Below, piece by piece: positions 43,898-54,170 of a stretch of 64,000 bases of DNA. Under the pieces are notes generated by a model that worked only from the letters and a program-made list of their open reading frames with translations, was not told the DNA's origin and made no database searches. The position numbers were made by a program, and so were the translations under genes. How positions within the stretch are numbered: position 1 is the first letter of the stretch; each line of letters begins with the position of its first letter. The DNA comes from an uncultured delta proteobacterium (lineage in GTDB: Bacteria; Desulfobacterota; Binatia; Binatales; Binataceae): contig CAWKCZ010000007.1 in assembly GCA_963848285.1 (NCBI GenBank), positions 361,597 through 425,596 of the forward strand. The letters are read 5' to 3'.

Positions 43898-44581
43898 TTA
43901 GCGCGTGACGATGGCCTGCGCGACCTTCACCATTTCCGCAGTCGGCTCCTTCAGCACCAATGGCTCCGGCACCGCAACCCCGCGCTGACAGGCCGGCCGC
44001 GCCTCCATGCGAGCCAGCCATGCTTGCAGATTGGGGAGCCCTTCAACGCTGACGCCGCTCCACGGATGGATTCGCACCCAGCACCAGTTGGCGATGTCGG
44101 CAATGCTGTACTCATCGCACAGGTACTGGCGACCTGTAAGTTGGCTCTCGAGCACTTCGAACAGGCGTCGGCATTCGTTGTGGTAGCGCTGGATCGCAGC
44201 GGGAATCTTTTCGGGAAAGTAGCGATAGAAGACGTTGGCCTGGCCCATCATCGGACCGATGCCGGCCATCTGGAACATCAGCCATTGGGTGACGCGCGAC
44301 TCGCCCTTGTCGTCCTGGGGCAGGAGCTTGCCGGTCTTCTTCGCGAGGTAGAGCAAAATCGCGCCGGTCTCGAAAACTGCGAAGTCACCATTAGCGCGAT
44401 CGACGATGGCCGGGATTCTGCCATTGGGGCGGAGCTTCAGAAACTCGGCCTGCTTCTGCTCGCCCTTGCTCAGATCGATTTTATGAACGTTGTAGGGCAG
44501 CCCGACTTCTTCCAGATAGACGGAAACCTTCCAGCCGTTGGGAGTTGAGGCGGTGTACAGGTCGATTGTGGGCGAGCTCAT
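43898..44581 (-). CDS. Nu-class glutathione S-transferase (YfcG/YghU-like GSH-dependent disulfide oxidoreductase); intact
   Basis: [61 protein letters not shown]...[15 protein letters not shown]... Confidence 0.75.
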   Translation of the reverse strand: MSSPTIDLYTASTPNGWKVSVYLEEVGLPYNVHKIDLSKGEQKQAEFLKLRPNGRIPAIVDRANGDFAVFETGAILLYLAKKTGKLLPQDDKGESRVTQWLMFQMAGIGPMMGQANVFYRYFPEKIPAAIQRYHNECRRLFEVLESQLTGRQYLCDEYSIADIANWCWVRIHPWSGVSVEGLPNLQAWLARMEARPACQRGVAVPEPLVLKEPTAEMVKVAQAIVTR

Positions 44582-44723
44582 CGCAAGACCTCCTCGAAGG
44601 CGGGTAGTTTAATCGACCCTAGCGATTCTGGAACGAGCGGTCAAGAATTCCCGCCGCTTGCCAAACGGCCGCGACGGATGACGTCAAAATCGGAAGCTGC
44701 TACTCTTTGAGCCTGGTCGAACC

Positions 44724-45344
44724 ATGGCGCGTCCCAAAGAATTTGATCATCGCGAAGTGCTTGACCGCGCGACCAATCTGTTCTGGACCCGTGGTTACGA
44801 TGCGACCTCGATCGAGGACGTGGTCGAAGCCACCGGCATCAACCGCGGCAGTATCTATGGCACTTTCGGCGACAAACAGGGGCTCTTTAACGCAGTACTC
44901 GAATACTACACTCAAATCGTCGCTAACTCGATGTTAGCGGAGTTGGCGGACCCGGATCCGCGCCGCGCCATCGAACGAATGTTCGCTTTTATTATCGATC
45001 GCACCAGCAACCCGAAACTGCCGCGCGGATGCCTCATCACCAACACTTCGCTGGGATGTCGAAGTCGCGGCGATGAAATTTCCCTCCACATCGAAAAATG
45101 CTTCGGCAAGGTCGAAGATGCCATCCATGCAGTGATGCGCCGGGCACAAGCCGCGGGCCTGGTAGCTTCGCCGCGCGAGGCGAAGGCACTCGGACGGTTT
45201 TTCTTCTGCATCGTGCAGGGCCTCAACGTCCTGAACAAGGCCGCGGTGGAACCGGAGGCGCTGAATGATATGGCGCGAGTCGCCATGAGCGTCTGGCAGA
45301 ACTCCCGCGCATTGCCACATCGAAGAGCTGTGGCCGCTCGCTAA
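44724..45344 (+). CDS. TetR/AcrR-family transcriptional regulator; intact; divergent from the GST/redoxin operon
   Basis: ...REVLDRATNLFWTRGYDATSIEDVVEATGINRGSIYGTFGDKQGLFNAVLEYY... Confidence 0.75.
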   Translation: MARPKEFDHREVLDRATNLFWTRGYDATSIEDVVEATGINRGSIYGTFGDKQGLFNAVLEYYTQIVANSMLAELADPDPRRAIERMFAFIIDRTSNPKLPRGCLITNTSLGCRSRGDEISLHIEKCFGKVEDAIHAVMRRAQAAGLVASPREAKALGRFFFCIVQGLNVLNKAAVEPEALNDMARVAMSVWQNSRALPHRRAVAAR

Positions 45345-45649
45345 GGCCTTTGTCGCTTCCATTTTCTGCGGAACCGGCTGCCGATTGAAGTTACTTCACA
45401 CTTACTTTGGTTAGTAAGAACCTCCAAGCTTCCGAATGGGGTGTTCGAATACTTCAATCGCACGAAGGTTTAAAAGCTTGTACTTGCGGGGGTCGACACT
45501 TGGCTAGCATCCCCGCCGACACTTACAAACGCACGACAGGGAAGTCGGGAAGTCGGCAACATGCGCGTACTGGTAGTCGCGGACGATAAGAATCGCTACC
45601 GAAAGAATCGCTACCGATGATCGTAGTAAGGCGATGAGGGCTGCGCCTG

Positions 45650-45903
45650 CTGCGGGCCGAGCTTTACCGGCGCAGGGATTCCCATCGAGGAGCGCTCGCG
45701 AATTTGGGATCGTCTCTATCGAGGCGACAAGAGCCGCTCCCAACGAGGGCTAGGACTGGGCCTCAGCCCGGTGAAAGCAATCGCCCAGGCACGTCGGGGA
45801 CGCATCGAAGTGATCAGCGCAATTGGACGAGGTTCCCGGTTCGCGCTCCATTTCCCGGCCTATAACACTCAACCAAGTTTGGAGCATTGTTGTGGCCTGG
45901 CGA
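45650..45903 (+). pseudogene. Remnant of a sensor histidine kinase: only the C-terminal HATPase_c tail remains
   Basis: ...GAGIPIEERSRIWDRLYRGDKSRSQRGLGLGLSPVKAIAQARRGRIEVISAIGRGSRFALHFPA... with no upstream HisKA/sensor part. Tandem duplications sit just upstream (45539-45557, 45588-45616). Confidence 0.5.
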
Positions 45904-46062
45904 TTGAATTCTGCGCCTCCTAACATGCCATATCGGCAGGAACGTCGTACAGAAATCAATTCGTATATCCCTGCCCGGCCTAAATTAAACTATTCAGTTG
46001 ATCCGCGCCGATGAGAGACATATAAGCGCGCTTAGTTTTGATCGGCACCTATGTCATGAAGA

Positions 46063-46857
46063 GTGGAGACCATTATGTCTAAGGATGAGACTTTGATAAG
46101 TCGCTGGACCGGGTTCGCCTGGACCGGGTTCGCAATGACATTAGCTATCGGCGCGTCAGTCGTATCGATGGCAGTGCCGGCAGGCGCGGCTACCCTGCGC
46201 AAGGCCACTTCGGCCTCGGCTGCCAATGCAGCGGCGGCGAGTGGCGATCCCGGAAGTGTCTTGTATGGCTACTTCGACACCAACGAACCTCCGAGCGAAA
46301 ATGGCACCGGGAATGGCGGCAGCGCGGTGCGCCTGATCAATACGACCGCGCAGGACATGTGCGCCCTCATTTACATTTTCGACAAGGACGAGGAACTCAA
46401 CGCATGTTGTGGTTGTCCTCTGACCGCCAACGAGCTGGTCACGTTGGGCAACGACACCAGGTTTCTCCCTCGCGAGGCCGGCGCTGACCTCGACAGCGGC
46501 GTGATCGCGATCGTCGGAGCGACTGCTTTGGCTCCATGCACCACCAATGGTTCTGCTTCGAACGGCTCGACGTTCAACCCGTCGTGCAATGCCGGATGCG
46601 ATCCGACCATCCCGTTCACGCCCGGCGTGCTGGTTCAGAGCACCCCCTCGGGGCAGGGACTGCAAGGGAATATCATCCACAGTTTTCGGATCGGTAATGT
46701 CGCCAGCCTGACCGAGGATTCACTGTTCGATGATTCGCCGGGCGACTCGACCAACATCGCGCAGGACCTCCAGGCGCAGTGTAAGAACATCGTTCAGCAT
46801 GGTTCGGGCTTCGGTGTCTGCAGTTGCCCGACGGGGTCCGACGAAATGATCGAGTAA
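46063..46857 (+). CDS. Secreted Cys-rich hypothetical protein (signal peptide; 10 Cys incl. CCGC); intact; lower GC
   Basis: ...TLAIGASVVSMAVPAGAATL...MCALIYIFDKDEELNACCGCPLTANEL...CNAGCDPTIP...CKNIVQHGSGFGVCSCP; a 15-bp tandem duplication at 46104-46133 encodes WTGFAWTGFA. Confidence 0.5.
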   Translation: METIMSKDETLISRWTGFAWTGFAMTLAIGASVVSMAVPAGAATLRKATSASAANAAAASGDPGSVLYGYFDTNEPPSENGTGNGGSAVRLINTTAQDMCALIYIFDKDEELNACCGCPLTANELVTLGNDTRFLPREAGADLDSGVIAIVGATALAPCTTNGSASNGSTFNPSCNAGCDPTIPFTPGVLVQSTPSGQGLQGNIIHSFRIGNVASLTEDSLFDDSPGDSTNIAQDLQAQCKNIVQHGSGFGVCSCPTGSDEMIE

Positions 46858-46902
46858 TGACAGAATCTGACCTGAGTAAAAGCTCAGCGATCGTATAGCT
46901 TC

Positions 46903-46950
46903 AGGCGCCGCGGACTTGTTCTTGGTTCGCGGCGCCTTTGCTTTTCTGAC
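46903..46950 (+). terminator. Intrinsic terminator GGCGCCGCGGACTTGTTCTTGGTTCGCGGCGCCTTTGCTTTTCT
   Basis: Long GC stem plus T-rich tail. Confidence 0.45.
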
Positions 46951-47049
46951 AGATACATTCAGGTACGCCGGTATCATTCCGCGAAACCGAGATCAATATC
47001 TCGCGCCTATTTATCGCATTCGAGGCTTAACGCAACTGAATGCTAATAT

Positions 47050-47538
47050 ATGCAGCATTCATTCGCGGAGGTTCATATGAGAAGGGGACTATTGCTTGGA
47101 TTTGTGACCGTCGGACTGCTGTGCACCTTGGGGGTGGCGAGAGCGGATTATTGCCTGACTTTTCCCACTGATACACCCGACGACAACCTGGTTTTTGTCG
47201 GTCGGGGATTCGTTGTGCCGGCGAAAAATGCCTGTAAATCATGGGTTGGATTCAGTAATTTTAACGCCGAGATCTCACCTACCAGCGGCACCGCCTGCCG
47301 GTCCGCAGATGGGACCCAAATGAGCATCATGCTGCAGACCGGCTTTGCTGCAGAGGGCACGTTCTTCGAGGAAGACCAGATGTCGGTGGATCTCTCGACC
47401 GGCGAAGTGACTGACTTCTTCACCAATTTCGATGACGGCGCGTCGGATTTTGGGGGACCCGTCGATGGTACTGCCGCAAAGTGTAAGAAGATCGCCGTAC
47501 CCAACCCGGTAGCTGCCGCCGCAAATGCCAACCACTGA
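47050..47538 (+). CDS. Secreted hypothetical protein (signal peptide MRRGLLLGFVTVGLLCTLGVARA); intact
   Basis: Full-length ORF with an N-terminal signal; no homology I can recognise. Confidence 0.45.
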   Translation: MQHSFAEVHMRRGLLLGFVTVGLLCTLGVARADYCLTFPTDTPDDNLVFVGRGFVVPAKNACKSWVGFSNFNAEISPTSGTACRSADGTQMSIMLQTGFAAEGTFFEEDQMSVDLSTGEVTDFFTNFDDGASDFGGPVDGTAAKCKKIAVPNPVAAAANANH

Positions 47539-47638
47539 GGTTCGTTCACAATTGCTGCTAAACCGCGTCTTTTCACAAGGACGCGGTTGGCAGCCTCTCA
47601 AAGTGTTCGATGGTCGCGCCTAAGGGTTAATTGTCCCC

Positions 47639-48226
47639 TCATCCCCTCGCGGCCACCGGAGCATCCAAATCGCGCAAGCGAATGTCGACCTCGAGCGACG
47701 CTCCTTCCTTGCCGATTAGCACCACGCGATGAAACGGTCCGCTATATTGCACCCGTCCGCCGTTAGGCAGCTTCCACGAGGCTTCCAGGCTCGCGACGCC
47801 CTCATGGATCGTGCCCGTGGATGACGGCGCGCCCAATGCGCTCTCGAGCTGCTGATACACCTCGCTGCCTTCTGAGGGTGGGAAGTGCGCGATAACCATC
47901 TGCATGCCGGATTGGTCGGTGAACTCGTACACCACGTCCTGGTAATCGAAGCTGCCGGCACTGACGTCCTCGACCTTAAAGGCCGGCGCGCCGTAGGGAC
48001 TGGTTTGATTGAAGCCGATCGGAAACAGATGCTCGACCTCGTCACGGGAGTCGCCGAATTTAACTCCCATAAAGGAATTCAGGCCTTTCGGCGGCGATTG
48101 GCCGCTGAGCGGATTCGACGGCACCAGGCTGCAGGCAACCGCCCCCGATGCGCCGAGCGACAAGATCAATGCGACGATTTTTTTGTAAAGGTTGTTTCTG
48201 ATCAAAAGCGTGTCTCGGATAAACAT
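47639..48226 (-). CDS. Hypothetical secreted protein / lipoprotein directly downstream of the NusG paralog
   Basis: MFIRDTLLIRNNLYKKIVALILSLGASGAVACSLVPSNPLSG... signal peptide; intact. Confidence 0.45.
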   Translation of the reverse strand: MFIRDTLLIRNNLYKKIVALILSLGASGAVACSLVPSNPLSGQSPPKGLNSFMGVKFGDSRDEVEHLFPIGFNQTSPYGAPAFKVEDVSAGSFDYQDVVYEFTDQSGMQMVIAHFPPSEGSEVYQQLESALGAPSSTGTIHEGVASLEASWKLPNGGRVQYSGPFHRVVLIGKEGASLEVDIRLRDLDAPVAARG

Positions 48227-48252
48227 CGCGGCGTACCGCAGGTCCGATTACC

Positions 48253-48768
48253 TCAAGAATATTTCGCCAACGCAGTCGCGGGCAAAACGATCCGGGGGCC
48301 TGCACTCTCGATGGTGTTGAGCAGAATTGCGACGCGTTCGGCACCGGAAAGATAGCGCTCGAAGATCGCTTCGAACCCGCGAAAAGGACCCTCCACCACG
48401 CGCACCGGTTGCCCGCTGTCGAAAGGAACCTCGGCTATCTCTACAACGTCATCGACACCGCGTGCCCGAATCTCCCCGACGATAGCTTCGGGCACCACAA
48501 TCGGATCGGAACCGGCGGAAACCAAACCGGTAACCCCGGCGAGGTACTTGACTTCGAAGTAGCTGGTTTGCAGATCGAGGCGCGCAAACACGTAGCACGG
48601 AAACAGCGGCGCGATAGACATCGCGAGCCGGCCCCAGCGCGGCATCCGCGCCTTCAGCATCGGCAGGAAAACTTCCGACAAGCGGCACGCGAGCTGATCG
48701 CGAACCCATCGCTCCTTGCCGGGTTTGGTGCGGACCAAATACCACGGATCCGAAGACTTCAATGACAT
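48253..48768 (-). CDS. Specialised NusG-paralog transcription antiterminator (NGN plus KOW; UpxY/LoaP/TaA-like); intact
   Basis: ...DPWYLVRTKPGKERWVRDQLACRLSEVFLPMLKARMPRWGR...LFPCYVFARLDL...; C-terminal KOW ...GQPVRVVEGPFRGFEAIFERYLSGAERVAILLNTIE. Confidence 0.65.
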   Translation of the reverse strand: MSLKSSDPWYLVRTKPGKERWVRDQLACRLSEVFLPMLKARMPRWGRLAMSIAPLFPCYVFARLDLQTSYFEVKYLAGVTGLVSAGSDPIVVPEAIVGEIRARGVDDVVEIAEVPFDSGQPVRVVEGPFRGFEAIFERYLSGAERVAILLNTIESAGPRIVLPATALAKYS

Positions 48769-48837
48769 CGGGATTCCTTCTGAGGCACAGAACTAGTTGA
48801 GATTCGGTGTTGAAGCAAAACCAATCGTACAAAACAA

Positions 48838-48866
48838 AGGGCGGCTGCGCAAAAGTCGCAGCCGCC
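48838..48866 (-). terminator. Intrinsic terminator GGGCGGCTGCGCAAAAGTCGCAGCCGCCC followed by a T-run on the minus strand
   Basis: Perfect 11-bp stem; TTTGTTTTG follows on the minus strand. Confidence 0.6.
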
Positions 48867-48891
48867 CGGGTTTGCCGATTATACCAGAAGT

Positions 48892-50842
48892 TTAGATCTC
48901 GTAACTGAGGGTCGCCTCCAGCTCGCTGATGCGCTGGTCGCGGCTGAACAGGAACGGATCCGTGTTGCGTCCGCTGCGGCCCAGGTACCAGATCCCATTC
49001 AGCCCCAACAGGATGTTACGCGAATAGCGGAACACGTTGGTGCTGCCCAGGTTGCCGGTGTTGTCGTCGATGTCCCATGCAAACGCGTTGGTCGACGTCA
49101 ACTGTCCATTGACCAGCCAGTTGGTGCTCGCAAGGAAGAAGAAGTTGCTGAAGCGACGCACCTTGCCGTATGCATTCGCGATGTTCGGAATCGCATGCCC
49201 CGGCAGATCGGGGTACCAGGTCTCGACGAACTGGCCGACCAGGAAGGTGTGCTGCTTGGAAATCCATGGAATGTAGGTCGGACGGTCGCCGGCCAGGATG
49301 AAGCGGCCGAACTCGGTCCACCGTGCTGCCGACTCACCGAGCCGCACGTTACGCGTCACGACCGGAGACGCACTCGGCGTAGGACCACCAGTGGGAGGGC
49401 CTGAAACGTCGATACCGACCTTCGGGGCGTACAGCGTGTCGTAGCGGAACACCATGTCGGTCAGGTCTTTGTCGTAGTAGGTTCCCGTCAAACCGAAGAA
49501 GTGGTTGCGACGGAAATTCTCGCTGGTGTACGGACGAATCGTTCCGAACGGCACCGGGCCTCCCGGAGGCGGTGCACCGAAATCGAACTGCCCGGGCAGC
49601 AGGAATACGCCCGGAAAGGCCTTAATGGTTCCGCCACCGCTTCGGTTGATCGGAGTCGGGCACGACGAGCATAGACCCGCTTTCGAATAGCGCGCCTCGT
49701 AAAGGTAGATGAAGCTTGCCTGCAACCCATTTCCGATCGGCAGCAAACTCGAATAACGGAAACCAAACTCGCTCTTGTCCAGCGTATTACGCGGGGTGTT
49801 CGAGTAGCCGGGTCCGCCTGTCAGACCGGCATTCGGATCAAACTGCGTATAGACATTGGTGGGCGCCGCAGCAGTTCCGAGGTTGGTGATACTCGATGGG
49901 AACTGTCCCAGATCCGCGAAGGTCTGGTGCCGATAGGGCTGCCCAAGGCGGTTGTATTGAATGAGCGGTCCGACCGGCGCTCGCACCATCCACGGGTTGC
50001 GCGCGTCGTTTAGCTGAACGACCGCAGTGTCACCCTGATAGTCGCCCGGAATGACGAAAGCCTCGGCCTCGTTGTTCGCAGTCTTCAGGAAGTCCGGCAG
50101 GATGTAGTTGAACTTCAACATCCTGACGTTCTTGCGCAGATTTTCTGCGGTCTCGAAATGGGTCCAGTGAAAGGTCAGGTCGTTTGGGTTGGTAATTTCA
50201 GTTCCCGACAACGCATCAGCTTCCGACCAGATGACCTGCTGCTTGCCGACACGGGCGGAAAAGTTGTCGCTGAAATTTAGCTGCCCGTAGTACTCGCGCA
50301 GGTCGTTGCGGAAGTACTCCTCCTGGATCTCCTGCTGCGTATACACCTTCCAGTCGCGTCGCGGTCTGGGCGACGCCCTCGCGCTTGATGGTCCCCAATG
50401 CGTTGTACCAGGGACGATAGAATGCAAAGAAATCCGCATCCTTAAGAATCAGTGTGTCGAGGCGGCCGAGGAACTTGTAGTTCTTGACCATATGGTAATC
50501 GGGTCGGACGTCGGCCAGTTGCCGCATCTGCACCAGGTCCCAATGGTTGAAATCGAAGCTCCCGCCGGTTTCCGTCGGTGCGCGTCCGGGATTGGTCTGA
50601 ATTGATCCCACCCCTGCTACCGGCGGTGTGAAGGTCGCAGGACTTCCGGTCCCGGACTTGGCACTGCCCTCGCCCCATCGACCGGACTCCCGGGTTTCGA
50701 AGAATCCGAACACCGAAAAGTCGCCTTGCGTAATCGTTGCGTTCGCCGCGGAGGTCCACAGCGTCGCGACCCCGGCGCATGCGGCGATCAACAGATTTCG
50801 CCAGCGCGCACCGCGACCAACACCCAACTTGTTCTTCACCAT
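48892..50842 (-). CDS. Large secreted / outer-membrane beta-barrel protein (about 640 aa, DUF1302-like), copy 1; one frameshift near 50330-50440
   Basis: Signal peptide MVKNKLGVGRGARWRNLLIAACAGVATLWTSAANA; Gly/Asn/aromatic-rich amphipathic strands ...RYSRNILLGLNGIWYLGRSG...ATLSYEI*. Confidence 0.55.
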
Positions 50843-51211
50843 ATGCTCCCCAAAGCTGACTGCTTCTTCCGGAGGTCAGCTATTTGCCGAATCGGCCCAG
50901 CCTGCGTTTCCACCCGAGTTAACCAAAATTAAGGGCCTCAGTAACATACCTAATTGTTAAGTGTCAATGCTGTCATAAGATAAACTATTGGAAAGACGCT
51001 GAAATCGTTGTACTCGACCGCACCTCAAGGACCCTGAGTCAGAACACCTTTGGCATCTCACAGGCAAGAACGATGCTAAAATGCTCTATATAACACCGCA
51101 AATGATGAAGTTCGCTGCCAAGCAATGCCTAAACCTGCTTGGCAGTGCATATCCAGCCGCATCGCGCCCATGGCGAACGAACCTAAATTAGATCCGGACT
51201 TAATATAAGCT

Positions 51212-52174
51212 TTGCAACTGAGTTGCTTCAGTATTGCTTATTTTATAGAAATGCTCATGTCGGGTGGGGAATTCGACATGGAATCTGCGCAGCAAAAATA
51301 TCGGCCAAGTTCCAGGGAATATAAAGTTAGGGATTTGGTCCTGCTGGAACTGAGGCGAAGTGGTTATCCGCTAAGCGAGATCGCCAGCTTGCTAGGTTTC
51401 TCACGACAGCGCGCCGCTCAAATCTACCGTCGCCTGGTCCACGAGGCCTCCGTTAACGAGGAGCCTTCAATCGCTCAAGGACGCGCTACCGGAGGCTCAT
51501 CGGAGCGTGCGTCCATCCATACGGTATCGACGGATGATTTTTCCGAACGCCTTGATCGTCTTAACCAGCATTTCGAATCGCGCGTCCAGCGCGTCTTGAA
51601 GCATCTTTACAAGCGTCAACTTCTCAACGTTCGGCGCAATTACATTTCTACTACGATGTTCTCGAGAGTATGGCCGTATATTGAACGCTATCAGGGAAAG
51701 CCGTTTACCTTCTCGCAGCTCGTGGCCGATCACGCGGAATTGATCGAGGAAAAGCATCTGCCGCAGTTTTTGTCTCGGCTTCGCCGCAACGGCGTGCTTG
51801 CGAATGCCGGATGCTTGCGCTTTCCCGGTCACAACCTTCCCGAGGTCGTCATGGTGGAGCGTCCTCGCGAAGAAACCTGCTCCCGATTTCTTGAGCCGCT
51901 TTTTGTGCGCTGGAGTCACGAGCTCCGCCGCTTGGAGACGAGATACAGAATCAGAGACGGCCAATCGCTAAGGCGAGAGCTATTGGCGGTCATCAGGGAC
52001 TTTGGGCTTTCCGAAGTTGATTTGGATGCGGTTCTGCGGGGCCGGCAAACGCTCGATATCAGGCCTCCGATCGAGATTGCGCAAAAGGATGATGCACGCA
52101 AAGTGCGCACCCCATCGGCTTTTTCTACCGCTCTTGAAGCCGACCAGTCTTTGCCCTTCCCCTCAACAACTTAA
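51212..52174 (+). CDS. Hypothetical regulator: N-terminal sigma-70 region-4-like HTH (LVLLELRRSGYPLSEIASLLGFSRQRAAQIYRRL) plus an unknown roughly 250-aa domain; intact; markedly AT-richer
   Basis: Intact 320-aa ORF (alternative start MESAQQ at 51278) in the spacer between the two OMP repeats; AT-rich upstream region 50900-51210. Confidence 0.45.
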   Translation: MQLSCFSIAYFIEMLMSGGEFDMESAQQKYRPSSREYKVRDLVLLELRRSGYPLSEIASLLGFSRQRAAQIYRRLVHEASVNEEPSIAQGRATGGSSERASIHTVSTDDFSERLDRLNQHFESRVQRVLKHLYKRQLLNVRRNYISTTMFSRVWPYIERYQGKPFTFSQLVADHAELIEEKHLPQFLSRLRRNGVLANAGCLRFPGHNLPEVVMVERPREETCSRFLEPLFVRWSHELRRLETRYRIRDGQSLRRELLAVIRDFGLSEVDLDAVLRGRQTLDIRPPIEIAQKDDARKVRTPSAFSTALEADQSLPFPSTT

Positions 52175-52199
52175 GCGGCGCTTTCGACATAAAAGAAAA

Positions 52200-52228
52200 G
52201 GGCGGCTGCGCAAAAGTCGCAGCCGCCC
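52200..52228 (-). terminator. Intrinsic terminator GGGCGGCTGCGCAAAAGTCGCAGCCGCCC (duplicate)
   Basis: Same hairpin; CTTTTCTTTT follows on the minus strand. Confidence 0.6.
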
Positions 52229-52252
52229 GGTTTTGCTGATTATACCGGAAGT

Positions 52253-54170
52253 TTAGATCTCGTAACTGAGGGTCGCCTCCAGCTCGCTGATGCGCTGGTC
52301 GCGGCTGAACAGGAACGGATCCGTGTTGCGTCCGCTGCGGCCCAGGTACCAGATCCCATTCAGCCCCAACAGGATGTTACGCGAATAGCGGAACACGTTG
52401 GTGCTGCCCAGGTTGCCGGTGTTGTCGTCGATGTCCCATGCAAACGCGTTGGTCGACGTCAACTGTCCATTGACCAGCCAGTTGGTGCTCGCAAGGAAGA
52501 AGAAGTTGCTGAAGCGACGCACCTTGCCGTATGCATTCGCGATGTTCGGAATCGCATGCCCCGGCAGATCGGGGTACCAGGTCTCGACGAACTGGCCGAC
52601 CAGGAAGGTGTGCTGCTTGGAAATCCATGGAATGTAGGTCGGACGGTCGCCGGCCAGGATGAAGCGGCCGAACTCGGTCCACCGTGCTGCCGACTCACCG
52701 AGCCGCACGTTACGCGTCACGACCGGAGACGCACTCGGCGTAGGACCGCCAGTGGGCGGACCTGAAACGTTGATACCGACCTTCGGGGCGTACAGCGTGT
52801 CGTAGCGGAACACCATGTCGGTCAGGTCTTTGTCGTAGTAGGTTCCCGTCAAACCGAAGAAGTGGTTGCGACGGAAATTCTCGCTGGTGTACGGACGAAT
52901 CGTTCCGAACGGCACCGGGCCTCCCGGAGGCGGTGCACCGAAATCGAACTGCCCGGGCAGCAGGAATACGCCCGGAAAGGCCTTAATGGTTCCGCCACCG
53001 CTTCGGTTGATCGGAGTCGGGCACGACGAGCATAGACCCGCTTTCGAATAGCGCGCCTCGTAAAGGTAGATGAAGCTTGCCTGCAACCCATTTCCGATCG
53101 GCAGCAAACTCGAATAACGGAAACCAAACTCACTCTTGTCCAGCGTGTTGCGCGGAGTGTTCGAATATCCCGCTCCACCGGTTAAACCACCACTGGGATC
53201 AAACTGCGTATAGACATTGGTGGGCGCCGCAGCAGTTCCGAGGTTGGTGATACTCGATGGGAACTGTCCCAGATCCGCGAAGGTCTGATGCCGATAGGGC
53301 TGCCCAAGGCGGTTGTATTGAATGAGCGGTCCGACCGGCGCTCGCACCATCCACGGGTTGCGAGCGTCGTTTAGCTGAACGACCGCAGTGTCACCCTGGT
53401 AATCGCCCGGAATGACGAAAGCCTCGGCCTCGTTGTTCGCGGTCTTCAGGAAGTCCGGCAGGATGTAGTTGAACTTCAACATCCTGACGTTCTTGCGCAG
53501 ATTTTCCGCGGTCTCGAAATGAGTCCAATGAAAGCTCAGATCGTTCGGGTTGGTAATTTCAGTTCCCGACAACGCATCAGCTTCCGACCAGATGACCTGC
53601 TGCTTGCCGACACGGGCGGAAAAGTTGTCGCTGAAATTTAGCTGCCCGTAGTACTCGCGCAGGTCGTTGCGGAAATACTCCTCCTGGATCTCCTGCTGCG
53701 TATACACCTTCCAGTCGCGTGCGGTCTGCGCGACGCCCTCGCGCTTGAGGGTCCCCAACGCGTTGTACCAGGGACGATAGAACGCAAAGAAATCCGCGTC
53801 CTTAAGAATCAGTGTGTCGAGGCGGCCGAGGAACTTGTAGTTCTTGACCATGTGGTAGTCGGGCCGGACGTCGGCCAGTTGCCGCATCTGCACCAGGTCC
53901 CAATGGTTGAAATCGAAGCTCCCGCCGGTTTCCGTCGGTGCGCGTCCGGGATTGGTCTGGATTGATCCCGACCCCCGGTACCGGCGGTGTGAAGGTCGCA
54001 GGACTTCCGGTCCCGGACTTGGCACTGCCCTCGCCCCATCGACCGGACTCCCGGGTTTCAAAGAATCCGAACACCGAAAAGTCGCCCTGTGTGATCGTTG
54101 CGTTCGCTGCGGAGGTCCACAGCGTCGCGACCCCGGCGCATGCGGCGATCAACAGATTTCGCCAGCGCAC
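52253..54170 (-). CDS. Large outer-membrane beta-barrel protein, copy 2; one frameshift near 53940-54060, at a different place from copy 1
   Basis: ORF 52253..54061 (602 aa, intact through the region broken in copy 1) plus the N-terminal signal-peptide segment 53802..54170. Confidence 0.55.

Larger units (their letters stand above)
48835..50888. repeat. Direct repeat copy A (about 2.05 kb; near-identical to 52197-54250): intrinsic terminator plus large OMP gene plus its 5' leader
   Basis: Identical ORF translations (e.g. 49016..49321 vs 52377..52682) and identical flanks from AAAGGGCGGCTGCGC through GGAGGTCAGCTATTTGCC. Confidence 0.85.
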
